From: Chitinophagaceae bacterium
Lineage (GTDB): Bacteria; Bacteroidota; Bacteroidia; Chitinophagales; Chitinophagaceae
Length of the DNA stretch: 64,000 bases
Direction of reading: 5' to 3'
Assembly: GCA_044226045.1 (NCBI GenBank)
Contig: JBGAHR010000002.1
Location: 97,059 to 161,058, forward strand
The notes beneath the pieces were generated by a model that saw only the letters and a program-made list of their open reading frames with translations, did not search any database and was not told the origin of the DNA. Both the position numbers and the translations under genes were made by a program. Of this stretch, positions 9,374 to 18,606 are shown piece after piece (the stretch's first letter is position 1; each line of letters starts with the position of its first letter).

Positions 9374-10807
9374 ATGAAACGGAATGTTTTACTCGCATCC
9401 GCATGGATGATTGCTTCACTTACGGCATTTTCACAAACAACAGAAGATTTCAATTCCCGTCCGGGCACTTCCGTAGATGAAGTGAAGGGATTTTTGCAGG
9501 ATCATTGCTGGATGTTCTCCAATATGGAAACAAGCAGCAATGGATGGCAGCCGGGTATTGAAGGAGATGGAACCATCGTATCCACATCAGGCAATTTTCC
9601 AGGCCAGGTCTCTAAAATATATACTCCCTTACTGGAGATTCCCGGATCTATTACTGTTTCCTTCAAATATAAATTCAACAGCCAGGTAAACGGCGCACTG
9701 AAACGTTGGTTTAAACTGTACCTGGTGAATGCTGAGAATGAAATTCAAAGCCAGCTGGATGTATTTGAAATTACCGGCGCCAGCAACCAGGAAGTATACA
9801 CCTATTCAAAAAGCTTCGGTGCCGGTTCGGGCCTGTACAAACTGCTGATCACCTACGAAGGAAACCAGGGCTCTACCCGTGTGGGAATCGATGAACTGGA
9901 AATTTCTGCCTCACAACATTACTCACTGGGTTGCAACAGCGCGCCGGTAGCGATGGACGATCATATCACCGGGCTGGCAAACCGTACGGCACATGGAAAT
10001 ATCTGCAGCAACGACTACGATACGGACAATGATCCTTTCAATTGTTACGTAGTCACCAATTCACCCAACGGAACAGTTACCATCAACCCCGATCGCAGCT
10101 TCAGCTTTGTTCCCAATCCCGGCTTCACCGGAAACAGCACCAGCTTTACCTACCAGATTTGTGAAACCGGCCTGGCGCCTCTTTGTTCCAATACGGCTAC
10201 GGTTACCATCAATTTCCCCACCGGTGGATTCCTGCCGGTAAGCATGATCGATTTCCATGGCTTGTATAAAAACGATGGCAATGTTGAAATCAGCTGGACT
10301 ACCACATTCGAACAAAACAGTGACAGATTCATTATCGAAAGAAGCCTGACTGGTAACAACTGGGAAGAAGCAGGAAGTGTAGCCGGAAAGGGTATCTCAA
10401 CAGTAAAAACAACTTACAGCTTTATCGATAAAGTGGGCCGTAATACCGCCATCAAAAAAGATCTCTATTATCGTTTGAAGATGGTCGACAAAGACGGCAA
10501 GGTAAGCGTAAGTCGTATCCTCGTAGTAAGAGTGTACAACACTTCCAACACAAAAATGATCAGCGTATCGCCGAACCCGGCGAAGAACGATATCGCCGCC
10601 ACCGTTCAACTGAATCAATCGTCAGTAGTGGTGTTCCGGGTATTGACCGGAGCAGGCACTGAAGTGATGCGCAAATCATACAAACTTGGTGAAGGCTCTA
10701 ATAATATTCTCCTCGACGGTACCGCCCGATTAACGCCAGGTATGTATATCCTGGAAGTTGTGGTGAACAACCACGAAAGAATGCTGGTAAAACTGATCAA
10801 GGAATAA
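9374..10807 (+). CDS. T9SS type A sorting domain protein with Ig-like (cadherin-like/Big_9) domain
   Basis: Signal peptide; APVAMDD...NDYDTD...NGTVTINPDRSFSFVPNPGFTG Ig repeat; FLPVSMIDF module; C-terminal VSPNPA...LTPGMYILEV...KLIKE CTD. Confidence 0.85.
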   Translation: MKRNVLLASAWMIASLTAFSQTTEDFNSRPGTSVDEVKGFLQDHCWMFSNMETSSNGWQPGIEGDGTIVSTSGNFPGQVSKIYTPLLEIPGSITVSFKYKFNSQVNGALKRWFKLYLVNAENEIQSQLDVFEITGASNQEVYTYSKSFGAGSGLYKLLITYEGNQGSTRVGIDELEISASQHYSLGCNSAPVAMDDHITGLANRTAHGNICSNDYDTDNDPFNCYVVTNSPNGTVTINPDRSFSFVPNPGFTGNSTSFTYQICETGLAPLCSNTATVTINFPTGGFLPVSMIDFHGLYKNDGNVEISWTTTFEQNSDRFIIERSLTGNNWEEAGSVAGKGISTVKTTYSFIDKVGRNTAIKKDLYYRLKMVDKDGKVSVSRILVVRVYNTSNTKMISVSPNPAKNDIAATVQLNQSSVVVFRVLTGAGTEVMRKSYKLGEGSNNILLDGTARLTPGMYILEVVVNNHERMLVKLIKE

Positions 10808-10831
10808 GAATTTGTAAGGTTTAACAGAGGT

Positions 10832-10874
10832 AAAAAAAGTCCCCCGTTCTGCACTGGCAGCGGGGGTTCTTTTT
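10832..10874. terminator. Bidirectional intrinsic terminator
   Basis: A7, CCCCCG..CTGC ACTG GCAG CGGGGG stem, TTCTTTTT; follows the stop at 10807. Confidence 0.8.
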
Positions 10875-11146
10875 GGGAGCGAAAGCGGGAGCGAGAGCGG
10901 GAGCGAGAGCGGGAGCGAGAGCGGGGAAACGGAAAGGGAAACAGAAACGGGAATGGAGCGAGCGATGGCGAAAGCGAGAGCGTGAGCGAGAGCGGGGAAA
11001 CAGAAACAGGAATGGAGCGAGCGATGGCGGTAGCGAAAGCGGGAGCGAGAGCGAAAGCGGGAGTTCATTCTGCGTGTTCAGCACCTTCAGCCATTCGCAT
11101 AATTCGTATAATTCGCGTAATTCGCATAATTCGCATAATTCGCATT
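10875..11146. repeat. Composite repeat cassette: GCGAGA/GCGGGA/GGAAAC hexamers, GCTGAA-type spacer, AATTCGCAT nonamers
   Basis: Directly visible tandem units filling the gap between convergent genes. Confidence 0.9.
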
Positions 11147-11149
11147 CAC

Positions 11150-11440
11150 TCACTTACCTGCCGTCAAATACGTCTGCAGATTCTTCACATACTCTTCGAA
11201 GGCGGTGATACCAAGCGGAGTTATTTTGCAGATAGTTTGGGGGTAATTGTCTTTGAATTGTTTGATAACATCTATATACCCTGCTTCTTTCAACTTATTG
11301 ATCTGAACACTGAGGTTGCCGGCGGTGGAATTGGTTTTTTCGCGAATAAAGGTAAACTCCGCCTCTTTCACTCCAATAAGAAGCGAAACAACAGCCAGCC
11401 TTAACTGCGAGTGTAATATGGGATCTAAGTCTTTAAACAT
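11150..11440 (-). CDS. Winged helix-turn-helix transcriptional regulator (MarR/ArsR-like)
   Basis: LDPILHSQLRLAVVSLL...TAGNLSVQINKLKEAGYI...ITPLGITAFEEY. Confidence 0.85.
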   Translation of the reverse strand: MFKDLDPILHSQLRLAVVSLLIGVKEAEFTFIREKTNSTAGNLSVQINKLKEAGYIDVIKQFKDNYPQTICKITPLGITAFEEYVKNLQTYLTAGK

Positions 11441-12050
11441 TTACCGCCTTCCTGTTTGTTTTCCTGAACTCTATCATAGCAAGATGACCCGGAATAATAT
11501 ATCCGGCCATTACACCGGCAGCATGAATCAACATGACGTACTGGTAATCTTGAACAAACAGTCCGCCCAATCCGCATGCCGATGTAATATAGGACCCGAT
11601 AATGGAAGGTTTGAAACTAAATATCGTACCATAGATTAAAATCCAGAATCCATACAGGCCCAGTAAAAGACAAAAACCGGTAGTAGGCATGACCACTCTC
11701 AGATTCATGGCCACAATGATGATCATAATGGAAATGAAAAAACCGATGTTGAGGCGGTTAAACAAATCGGAAGTATATGTCTTCACTTTGGGCTGCCGGC
11801 GAATGAATAAAAACCGAACTATTTCCACCACCAGCATCAAAAGAGTGATCATCCCGAAAATATTCCAAAAGAAATACTGGCTAAACCAAGTCGTTTTTGT
11901 ATTGACAAATGAAAGGACAGAAGCCATAAACAGCATCCATCCCCAGATGATCCAGCCGATACCATTGTCTTTCTGCTCCCGCTTGGCTTCCCCGATCATT
12001 TGCTGGATGATACGCAGACTTTCTTCCCTGGATAGTTGATGCTCTTCCAT
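11433..12050 (-). CDS. Hypothetical integral membrane protein (about 6 TM), paralog of the upstream gene
   Basis: Hydrophobic segments; N-terminus LSREESLRIIQQMI resembles LSGAESMQIIQNMI of the neighbour. Confidence 0.75.
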   Translation of the reverse strand: MEEHQLSREESLRIIQQMIGEAKREQKDNGIGWIIWGWMLFMASVLSFVNTKTTWFSQYFFWNIFGMITLLMLVVEIVRFLFIRRQPKVKTYTSDLFNRLNIGFFISIMIIIVAMNLRVVMPTTGFCLLLGLYGFWILIYGTIFSFKPSIIGSYITSACGLGGLFVQDYQYVMLIHAAGVMAGYIIPGHLAMIEFRKTNRKAVNV

Positions 12051-12052
12051 AA

Positions 12053-12649
12053 TTAACTGTTTACTTTTTTATGTTTCGCTCTTAACTGGTAACCTGGAAT
12101 AATCCAGGCCACAGCCACCGCCGCAACCAGTTCCAGGCTTTGAAATATGTATGGTGTAAGGCTGGCCACGATCGCCAGTATCCAGCAAAAGATCCCCCCT
12201 ATCACCAGGGAACGAAGCCGAAGGATGATGCCCGAAAGAAAGGTCGGGATTCCGTATGAAATCAGTAAAACCGGATTAAAAAACTTATAATACCCGGGGC
12301 CTAACAGTACACCCAGAATAAAGGAGTTCAGGAATATGACTATGACAAAACAGATCCAGACATATTTCAGTATCTCACCGGTATAAGTTTCAACTCTCTT
12401 TTGCTTCTTTTGCTTGCGTACATATAAAAACTGAATAACCAGCACTGCCCAGGTAAGGAACCAAACCACGTAATGCCAGCTGACTTCAAAGAAATACAAT
12501 AATACAAACTGACTGAGGCCGCAGATAACTACCGCCCATCCCCATAATAAATAACTAAACCCGTTCTCGCTGAACTGGTTTTTGGCTTTGTTGATCATGT
12601 TCTGGATGATCTGCATACTTTCTGCTCCGGAGAGCGGCTCATCCTGCAT
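12053..12649 (-). CDS. Hypothetical integral membrane protein (about 6 TM)
   Basis: Hydrophobic segments; shares LSxxES.., W.WG and .V.TYT..L motifs with 11433-12050. Confidence 0.75.
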   Translation of the reverse strand: MQDEPLSGAESMQIIQNMINKAKNQFSENGFSYLLWGWAVVICGLSQFVLLYFFEVSWHYVVWFLTWAVLVIQFLYVRKQKKQKRVETYTGEILKYVWICFVIVIFLNSFILGVLLGPGYYKFFNPVLLISYGIPTFLSGIILRLRSLVIGGIFCWILAIVASLTPYIFQSLELVAAVAVAWIIPGYQLRAKHKKVNS

Positions 12650-12668
12650 AGTGTTCGATTTAATCGTT

Positions 12669-12676
12669 CAAATATA
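12669..12676 (-). promoter_or_regulatory. Internal -7 promoter box TATATTTG for the membrane-protein/wHTH genes
   Basis: Plus-strand CAAATATA, 20 nt upstream of the 12649 start. Confidence 0.55.
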
Positions 12677-12680
12677 AATT

Positions 12681-12704
12681 AGTCCCGGCCGGATGGCCGG
12701 GACT
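12681..12704. other. Perfect GC-rich hairpin without a U-tract (mRNA stability/processing or weak terminator)
   Basis: AGTCCCGGCC GGAT GGCCGGGACT, a 10-bp perfect stem. Confidence 0.7.
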
Positions 12705-12713
12705 TAATCCACA

Positions 12714-13370
12714 TTATTTCAACTGCGATAGCAACATCTGCACCTGGCCCTTGCCCCATTGCGGATGTATGTTGCTTTCCGGCTTAAAAGTTTCGTACTT
12801 CTTGAGAGACTGCTCGAACAATGCTTTTGCTTCTGTTTTACTTCCGCCAAACTGTTCCGGCGTATAAAACTTGTCCTGGCCTTCGAGGAGGTATACTCTC
12901 GGATTATCAGGATTGATCGCTTTGGCCTTTTCGAGTGCCTGTGCTGCCTTCGGACCTTCTGTCTGGTACCTGTTCATCGGATCGGCCATCAGGCGAAGAG
13001 AAGACACCATTTTACGTACGCAAAGGATTTCGGAATTGTCTTTGCTGATCGCTTCAGCCTTGTCTAAAAGCTGATCGGCCTGATCTGCCTCGGGGTCTGT
13101 CTTATCCGCAAAACCACCCATGCTTCCGCCACTCAGTGTATACCCGGTCATTACATGACAAAGCGCTGCATAATAATAAGGCAGCCATTGTGTTTTTTCG
13201 GCGTCGCCAATCCGCTGAAAGGCATTGGCCAGATCTTTAAAACCATCAATATTCCTGGTTGTATCGAATATGGCCAGATTTTGTTCCATGGCTTTTGTGT
13301 AACGTTCACTTTGAGCGAAGGTGGTTACAGACAAGGCAACCAGTAACAGGGAGAAAAGCAGCTTTTTCAT
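12714..13370 (-). CDS. Secreted alpha-helical TPR-like hypothetical protein
   Basis: Start MKKLLFSLLL at 13370 (signal peptide); QWLPYYYAAL, AINPDNPRVYLLEG and HPQWG motifs. Confidence 0.75.
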   Translation of the reverse strand: MKKLLFSLLLVALSVTTFAQSERYTKAMEQNLAIFDTTRNIDGFKDLANAFQRIGDAEKTQWLPYYYAALCHVMTGYTLSGGSMGGFADKTDPEADQADQLLDKAEAISKDNSEILCVRKMVSSLRLMADPMNRYQTEGPKAAQALEKAKAINPDNPRVYLLEGQDKFYTPEQFGGSKTEAKALFEQSLKKYETFKPESNIHPQWGKGQVQMLLSQLK

Positions 13371-13420
13371 ATTGTTGTTTTTATTTTTCAGATTAAGTGA
13401 ATGATGATTAAGTGACATTA

Positions 13421-13720
13421 TTAGTCCCGCTGGTTTCTTTTCAATTTCTCATACTCTTCTTCCACACTATTTGCGCGGGGCGCTACATAGGCGCCTACAA
13501 AGTGAAATACCAATCCGATTCCCCACCCTATGGTAGGCCAGATGGCCCAGGGTAATCCCCGATTGGTATAGTGCCTTCCCGAGAAGTACCAGATAGCCCA
13601 GAAGAATCCGTTCATTACCAGGTATACCAGGAGGTGTGTTCTGAAACTGACCCTTTTTTGCGCGATCTCCCAAAGAACGGGGTCTTTTCCGGGCGGCGGG
13701 GGTGTGGGCTGATGTGACAT
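13421..13720 (-). CDS. 2TM domain-containing protein
   Basis: AQKRVSFRTHLLVYLVMN...WAIWPTIGWGIGLVFH, two TM helices. Confidence 0.8.
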   Translation of the reverse strand: MSHQPTPPPPGKDPVLWEIAQKRVSFRTHLLVYLVMNGFFWAIWYFSGRHYTNRGLPWAIWPTIGWGIGLVFHFVGAYVAPRANSVEEEYEKLKRNQRD

Positions 13721-13747
13721 ACAGAATCAATTTTTATTTATACTTTA

Positions 13748-15994
13748 TTAAAGGGCGCTGTTCATCACTTCGTCGGAACGATCTACTCCGAAACTCAGGA
13801 AGGCGCCAATGAAAACAAACATCCGGGAAGGCGGAACAATAGCCTGCTTGCGGAGACCATTGTACGAATACTGGTATCCATACACCTGGCGGATATTGAA
13901 GATATTGCTCACCTGCAGCACATACACATCATACACTTTCGGTTTCTTCTTTCCAATGAACGGAAGGTAATTGATCGAGAAACTCACGTTGTGATATTCC
14001 GGTGTGCGGCCCATATCATTGAACTTATAATTGGCTCCGTCAAATCCGATGTTGTAATAAGGGCGACCGCTGGCAAAGTTGTAAGCCGCATTGAGGTTCA
14101 TCTTCCAGGGCGAAACGAATTTCTTTACGATAAGTGAAGCCGTGTGTTTGGCTGCGAAGTTGGGTGTGATGGCTGATGGAAAATTCAGGAAATCACGTTT
14201 GGTATCGAGATAGGAATACGAAATCCAGTAGTCGAGATTTTTGATGTTCTTCTTGTCTCTCCAGAAAAATTCAATCCCTTTGGCATCTCCATACCCATTA
14301 TTATTCAAAGCCACTTCCCTGCCTGCAGAAAAATCTGTCTTCACCAGGTCTTCATATTTTTTATAGAATACTTCCACACGGAAAGTGGTTCTGTTCTGCA
14401 CTTTCAGGTATTGTGCGATATAGTGCGTTGCCTTAGCGAAAGTGAGCGCACTGCTGGTTGGCAGGTATTTTCTCTCCGGCGTTTGATAAAAGATTCCATA
14501 GGCCAGGGAAGCCTGGTTTTCTTTATCAAACTTGTACGCAACCGACGCTCTCGGTGCAAAATTGGTTTTATCCAGGATGGCGGAATGCTCCAGGCGACCT
14601 CCTATTTTAGCAGCGATGTTGTTGGTGATGTAGATATCTGCTTCCCCGAACGCCGCTTTGAGGTTTTCATTCACCACCAGCGGATAGGTATTATTGTTAT
14701 AATCGGTGAAAAGACTTTTTTCATGGCTATAATTATATTCTCCACCGAAACGAATGCCAGACAACCCTCTTAAGCGACGTTCAAGTACTATCCGCGCGTT
14801 GAGGAACTGACCCCGATTGTCTACCCTGAATTGTTTGAACTCCAGGCCGGAAACCAGGTCATCCTCTTTGTCGGCATTTTTCATTCCGCTGTTGATCTTG
14901 TCCCTGTTGAAAGAAAAAGAAAGGCCGGTATAGATTTTCCATTTCCTGCTAAGACTTTCTTTCCAGGAAAAATTATGATAGGTATTCGAGTTGCTCAGAC
15001 CGAATTTGTCGAATAAACCCAGTGAATCAAGACTGTTGGTTGTAAATGCCATCCGGTTCGAATTGAAGTAACCATAATACTTCAACATCCCCGTTTTGGA
15101 GGTTTTGATGCGAAAGTTCGCATCTGCCCCATGTATTTCAGGTGATTTGGAATAGTCCTGTTGTTGTTTGAATACTGCAAATGCAGGAGCCAGGTTGGTG
15201 TAATTATAACTGCCACCCCAGGAGTATCTCTTTTTGGGATCGAGGTATTGGTAACCGCCACTGGCTCCTAGTACGGATATACCCAGGTTGGCAGTTGTTC
15301 TTTCGGGCAAATCAATAGATTCAAGGATGAGTGCTGAAGAAAGTGCTTGTCCGTATAATGCCGAATAACCTCCGGTGCTGAAAACGGTTCCTTTAAATAT
15401 GAAAGGCGAAAAGCGGCTGAAGGCTGCGATATTGGGTGCGCCGGTAAAGAAGAAATTATTAACCAGGGTTCCATCGATAAAGGTTTTTGTTTCCGCAGCG
15501 GTTCCTCCTCTTACAAATAATCCTTCGCTTTCCCCTACTGTCTGAGCGCCTGGAAGTGTTTTCAGGGCTCCTGTGATATCACCATTAGCGCTGGCCGTTG
15601 TAACAATGTCGATGGGATCGAGAATAGCAGCCGCGCGTTTGCGGTCGCTTGCCTCAAAACTGCCCGCTGAAATCACTACCGCCGTCAGTTCGTTGGGCTC
15701 TTCTTTCATTACTATATTAATGGTGATGGTTCCTCCGGCGAGGTTTACTTTCTGTTCCTGCAGTTTATACCCGATGGAAGTGTACAATAATATATGATCT
15801 CCTTTTTCCGTGGTTCGGAAACGATAATTACCGGTAGAGTCTGATGTACCTCCATCATAACTGTCTTTTACAGCGATACTGGCGCCTGAGAGAGGCTTTC
15901 CTTTTTGATCCCTGATCTTTCCCGTAACGACCGTTTGAGCGGAACCCATCAGAAAGGAAAGCAGCAGCAGCAGAATCGGTATAACCTTGAACAT
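13748..15994 (-). CDS. TonB-dependent receptor with N-terminal carboxypeptidase-regulatory-like domain
   Basis: VTGKIRDQKGKPLSGASI N-domain; plug GDITGALKTLPG...LFVRGG; beta-barrel-like C-terminal part. Confidence 0.88.
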   Translation of the reverse strand: MFKVIPILLLLLSFLMGSAQTVVTGKIRDQKGKPLSGASIAVKDSYDGGTSDSTGNYRFRTTEKGDHILLYTSIGYKLQEQKVNLAGGTITINIVMKEEPNELTAVVISAGSFEASDRKRAAAILDPIDIVTTASANGDITGALKTLPGAQTVGESEGLFVRGGTAAETKTFIDGTLVNNFFFTGAPNIAAFSRFSPFIFKGTVFSTGGYSALYGQALSSALILESIDLPERTTANLGISVLGASGGYQYLDPKKRYSWGGSYNYTNLAPAFAVFKQQQDYSKSPEIHGADANFRIKTSKTGMLKYYGYFNSNRMAFTTNSLDSLGLFDKFGLSNSNTYHNFSWKESLSRKWKIYTGLSFSFNRDKINSGMKNADKEDDLVSGLEFKQFRVDNRGQFLNARIVLERRLRGLSGIRFGGEYNYSHEKSLFTDYNNNTYPLVVNENLKAAFGEADIYITNNIAAKIGGRLEHSAILDKTNFAPRASVAYKFDKENQASLAYGIFYQTPERKYLPTSSALTFAKATHYIAQYLKVQNRTTFRVEVFYKKYEDLVKTDFSAGREVALNNNGYGDAKGIEFFWRDKKNIKNLDYWISYSYLDTKRDFLNFPSAITPNFAAKHTASLIVKKFVSPWKMNLNAAYNFASGRPYYNIGFDGANYKFNDMGRTPEYHNVSFSINYLPFIGKKKPKVYDVYVLQVSNIFNIRQVYGYQYSYNGLRKQAIVPPSRMFVFIGAFLSFGVDRSDEVMNSAL

Positions 15995-16010
15995 CTTTGT
16001 AAATTTATCT

Positions 16011-16038
16011 CAAAAATAAAGTAGTTTACAATATAAAC
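16011..16038 (-). promoter_or_regulatory. -7 box TATTTTTG with adjacent palindrome GTTTA-N5-TAAAC (candidate operator)
   Basis: CAAAAATA at 16011-16018; GTTTACAATATAAAC at 16024-16038. Confidence 0.5.
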
Positions 16039-16100
16039 CAAATAAAGTTTAGTGTTTTCGTAGAGAAGATAACTAATTGATTGTGTGTACTCGGTAAGAG

Positions 16101-16177
16101 GTTTGCGGTTGGCGGTTGGCGGTTGGCAGTTTGCGGATGTTGGATTGGTAATTCGTATGATTCGAGTAATTCGCGTT
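16101..16177. repeat. TTGGCGG heptamers followed by AATTCG nonamers
   Basis: ggttggcggttggcggttggcag, then aattcgtat gattcgagt aattcgcgt. Confidence 0.75.
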
Positions 16178-16179
16178 AT

Positions 16180-16243
16180 AAAAAAAGAGCCCCCCTGTGG
16201 AAACAGGAGGGCGTTTGTTGATCGTACCCTTTAAAAAAATATT
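16180..16243 (-). terminator. Intrinsic terminator preceded by a conserved 26-nt motif (copy 1 of 3)
   Basis: Minus strand: ..TTTTTTAAAGGGTACGATCAACAAAC GCCCTCCTGT TTCC ACAGGGGGGC TCTTTTTTT; the stem mismatch is a G-U pair only on the minus strand. Confidence 0.8.
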
Positions 16244-16474
16244 AATGCGAATTATGCGAATTATGCGAATTAGGCGAATTATGCGAATTAGGCGAATTAG
16301 GCGAATTAGGCGAATTAGGCGAAACGCTGAGGGCGCAGAAGACGCCGAATAAACTGTCGGGCTAACGCATTGCTTTCTCTTTCCGTTTCTGTTTCTCTTT
16401 CTGTTTCTGTCTCCCTTTCCGTTTCACTTTCTTTTTCTCTTTCTCAACCTCTTTCTGTTTCTCTTTCTGTTTCT
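16244..16474. repeat. Composite cassette: CGAATTA(T/G)G nonamers, ACGCTGAGG-type units, TTTCTC/TTTCTG hexamers
   Basis: Directly visible; the hexamer end abuts the stop codon at 16475. Confidence 0.9.
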
Positions 16475-17806
16475 CTACTTCGATTTTACAAATTGCTGGG
16501 TAATCGTTTCACCTTCTGCGCTGGCTCTTACAATATAGGTGCCAGACAGCAGGGAGCTGATATCCATTACTTCGGTCTGACTGGCATTGGTTCTGGCTAC
16601 TCTTTTTACGGTTTGTCCGCTTACGTTGAAAATATCGTATTGAACCTTTTTGTCTTGCCAGGAGGATGGTATGGTCACCCGCACTTCATTAACCGCCGGG
16701 TTGGGATAAACCTGTATACTAAGTGACTTTGCTCCTTCTGTGAATTTCACCAGCCTGGTCTCTGAATAACGATACTTCTGATCCATGTCGATCATACGCA
16801 GGCGGTAGTACAGTATTCCTTTGGCAGCAGGCAGTGCATTATCCTGGTAAGAATATCTGCTTTCCAGCTCGGTGGTACCGTTGGCAAACACCATTGCGAT
16901 ATCCTTGTATTCGCTGCCATCGGTGCTTCTTTCGATAACATAGGCGCTCAGGTTTTCTTCCCTGGACGAAACCCAGCTAAGCATTGGCTTCTTATTATCC
17001 AGTTTAACGGAGAACGACTTCAGTGTTACCGGAAGGCCAAGTTCTACAGGCTTCTGGTAGGTAAATGCTTTAAACCAGAAAGAATACATCCGGTCGGCAG
17101 CGCCGCTGGATCCTGTACTGTGTCCGCCGGTGCGGATACGCAAGGTATTGACTGTTTGATATGTTGTTGTAGCCATTACGCGGGTGGCCGAGGTGTCGAT
17201 ATTTGTATAGTTGGCAATCGGACCGTTAAACCGGGTTCCCACAACAGTGTTGACGCTGTTGATCATTTCCCAGATGCTGGCATACTGAAGCTGGGTATTG
17301 TTTTCGAGTGTGTAGGATTTCTGTCCATAGAAGCTTACCCACTCATTGATCTTGTCGGCATTGCCATCGATGTCGAGCGCGGTGATATTGAAAGCGCTTA
17401 CATTGGCCGGTGAATTATTGCTGTTTACAAAACTGATAGTAAACTCCATCCACCAGTCGCTGGTACCCGATGGGGTGGTACCATTATTATAGGTAACCTG
17501 TGGCTGAAATGCTTTGTCGAATCCGGTTGTTGCCAGGTCGATGTCTACCAACTTCACCAATGCGTTTGACCGGCCGGTTATCTTAACCAATGCATTCACT
17601 CCAGCTGTCACATTCGTGAATTGGTAGATTGCATTGTCTTGTCCGGCTTGTCCGGACTGTAAGGAGGGATTCTTAAATATGAGTTCCTGCTGAGCTTTGG
17701 CCTTTGGCAAGAGAGCTCCTAAAAAAACAAGGGTCACCAGACAGGCTTTACGAAGTGTTGCAAAGCCATTCTTTCTGTTGATACCAGGGTAAAATTGCTG
17801 TTTCAT
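16475..17806 (-). CDS. T9SS type A sorting domain protein with uncharacterised N-terminal beta domain
   Basis: Likely start MKQQFYPG at 17806; LGLPVTLKSF module; CTD IQVYPNPAV...LLSGTYIVRA...QFVKSK. Confidence 0.85.
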   Translation of the reverse strand: MKQQFYPGINRKNGFATLRKACLVTLVFLGALLPKAKAQQELIFKNPSLQSGQAGQDNAIYQFTNVTAGVNALVKITGRSNALVKLVDIDLATTGFDKAFQPQVTYNNGTTPSGTSDWWMEFTISFVNSNNSPANVSAFNITALDIDGNADKINEWVSFYGQKSYTLENNTQLQYASIWEMINSVNTVVGTRFNGPIANYTNIDTSATRVMATTTYQTVNTLRIRTGGHSTGSSGAADRMYSFWFKAFTYQKPVELGLPVTLKSFSVKLDNKKPMLSWVSSREENLSAYVIERSTDGSEYKDIAMVFANGTTELESRYSYQDNALPAAKGILYYRLRMIDMDQKYRYSETRLVKFTEGAKSLSIQVYPNPAVNEVRVTIPSSWQDKKVQYDIFNVSGQTVKRVARTNASQTEVMDISSLLSGTYIVRASAEGETITQQFVKSK

Positions 17807-17896
17807 GATTAGTACGTTTAACTTTTTCAATTGGTACAATAGATGAAAGTTTACCGCAGGTAATTGGAGGCAATAACAAGAGGAATGGATTTATTT

Positions 17897-18190
17897 ATAC
17901 GCGAATTATACGAATACACGAATTACTCGAATTAGGCGAATCGCTGAGGGCGCTGAAACACTGAATCACCGCTTACGCTGTCGCTACCGCTCTTTCACTT
18001 TCTCTTTCTGTTTCTTTTTTCGTTTCCCTTTCTGTTTCTCTTTCTGTTTCTCTTTCCCTTCTGTTTCTCTTTCCGCTCTCGCTCCCACTCACGCTCCGTT
18101 TAACGCTCCCGCTCCCACTCCCGCTCCGTTTAACGCTCTCGCTCTCACTCCCGCTCCGTTTTCCGCTCCCGCTCTCGCTCCGTTCAACCC
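17897..18190. repeat. Composite cassette (nonamers, GCTGA units, TTTCTC/CGCTCC hexamers)
   Basis: Same module order as 16244-16474. Confidence 0.88.
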
Positions 18191-18203
18191 TCCCAGGGTT
18201 TTC

Positions 18204-18265
18204 AAAAATGGCCATCCCGTAGAAACGGGACGGCGTTTGTTGATCGTACCCTTTAAAAAATATTT
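18204..18265 (-). terminator. Intrinsic terminator plus conserved 26-nt motif (copy 2)
   Basis: Stem GCCATCCCGT AGAA ACGGGACGGC at 18211-18234, then GTTTGTTGATCGTACCCTTTAAAAAA. Confidence 0.78.
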
Positions 18266-18400
18266 ACACGAATTATACGAATTATACGAATTAGGCGAAT
18301 CGCTGAAAACGCTGAGGACGCTGAAAACACTGAATGAATCACCGCTCTCGCTGTCGCTTACGCTCAGTCTACCGCATCCGCTTCTTCTGTTTCTGCGCTT
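18266..18400. repeat. Short composite cassette
   Basis: cgaattata nonamers, aacgctgaggacgctgaaaacactgaa, then CGCTCT/CGCTGT hexamers. Confidence 0.8.
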
Positions 18401-18606
18401 GTTTTGCGGCGAACAGTCGTTCGACTATAGACTTAAGCCCATAAATAAAAAACTAAGATTGTTACCTTTCATGAGGAAGAAATGGACAGGTGGTATTTGT
18501 GAGGATTGGAAGGAAGGAATACCATCAGGTTCAATTATGAATAGCCTGCAATTTCATAAGGCATTTTCAATATGGCAGCTTGTTCACGCTGCCTGACCAA
18601 ACCTGT

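Noticed and set aside
16245-16352. Micro-ORF MRIMRIMRIRRI...NAEGAEDAE from the nonamer module (similar one at about 18669)
   Set aside because: The ATG is absent in copy 2, the frame is broken in the 17897 copy, and G-U pairing indicates the adjacent RNA element is on the opposite strand; only Ribo-seq could rescue it
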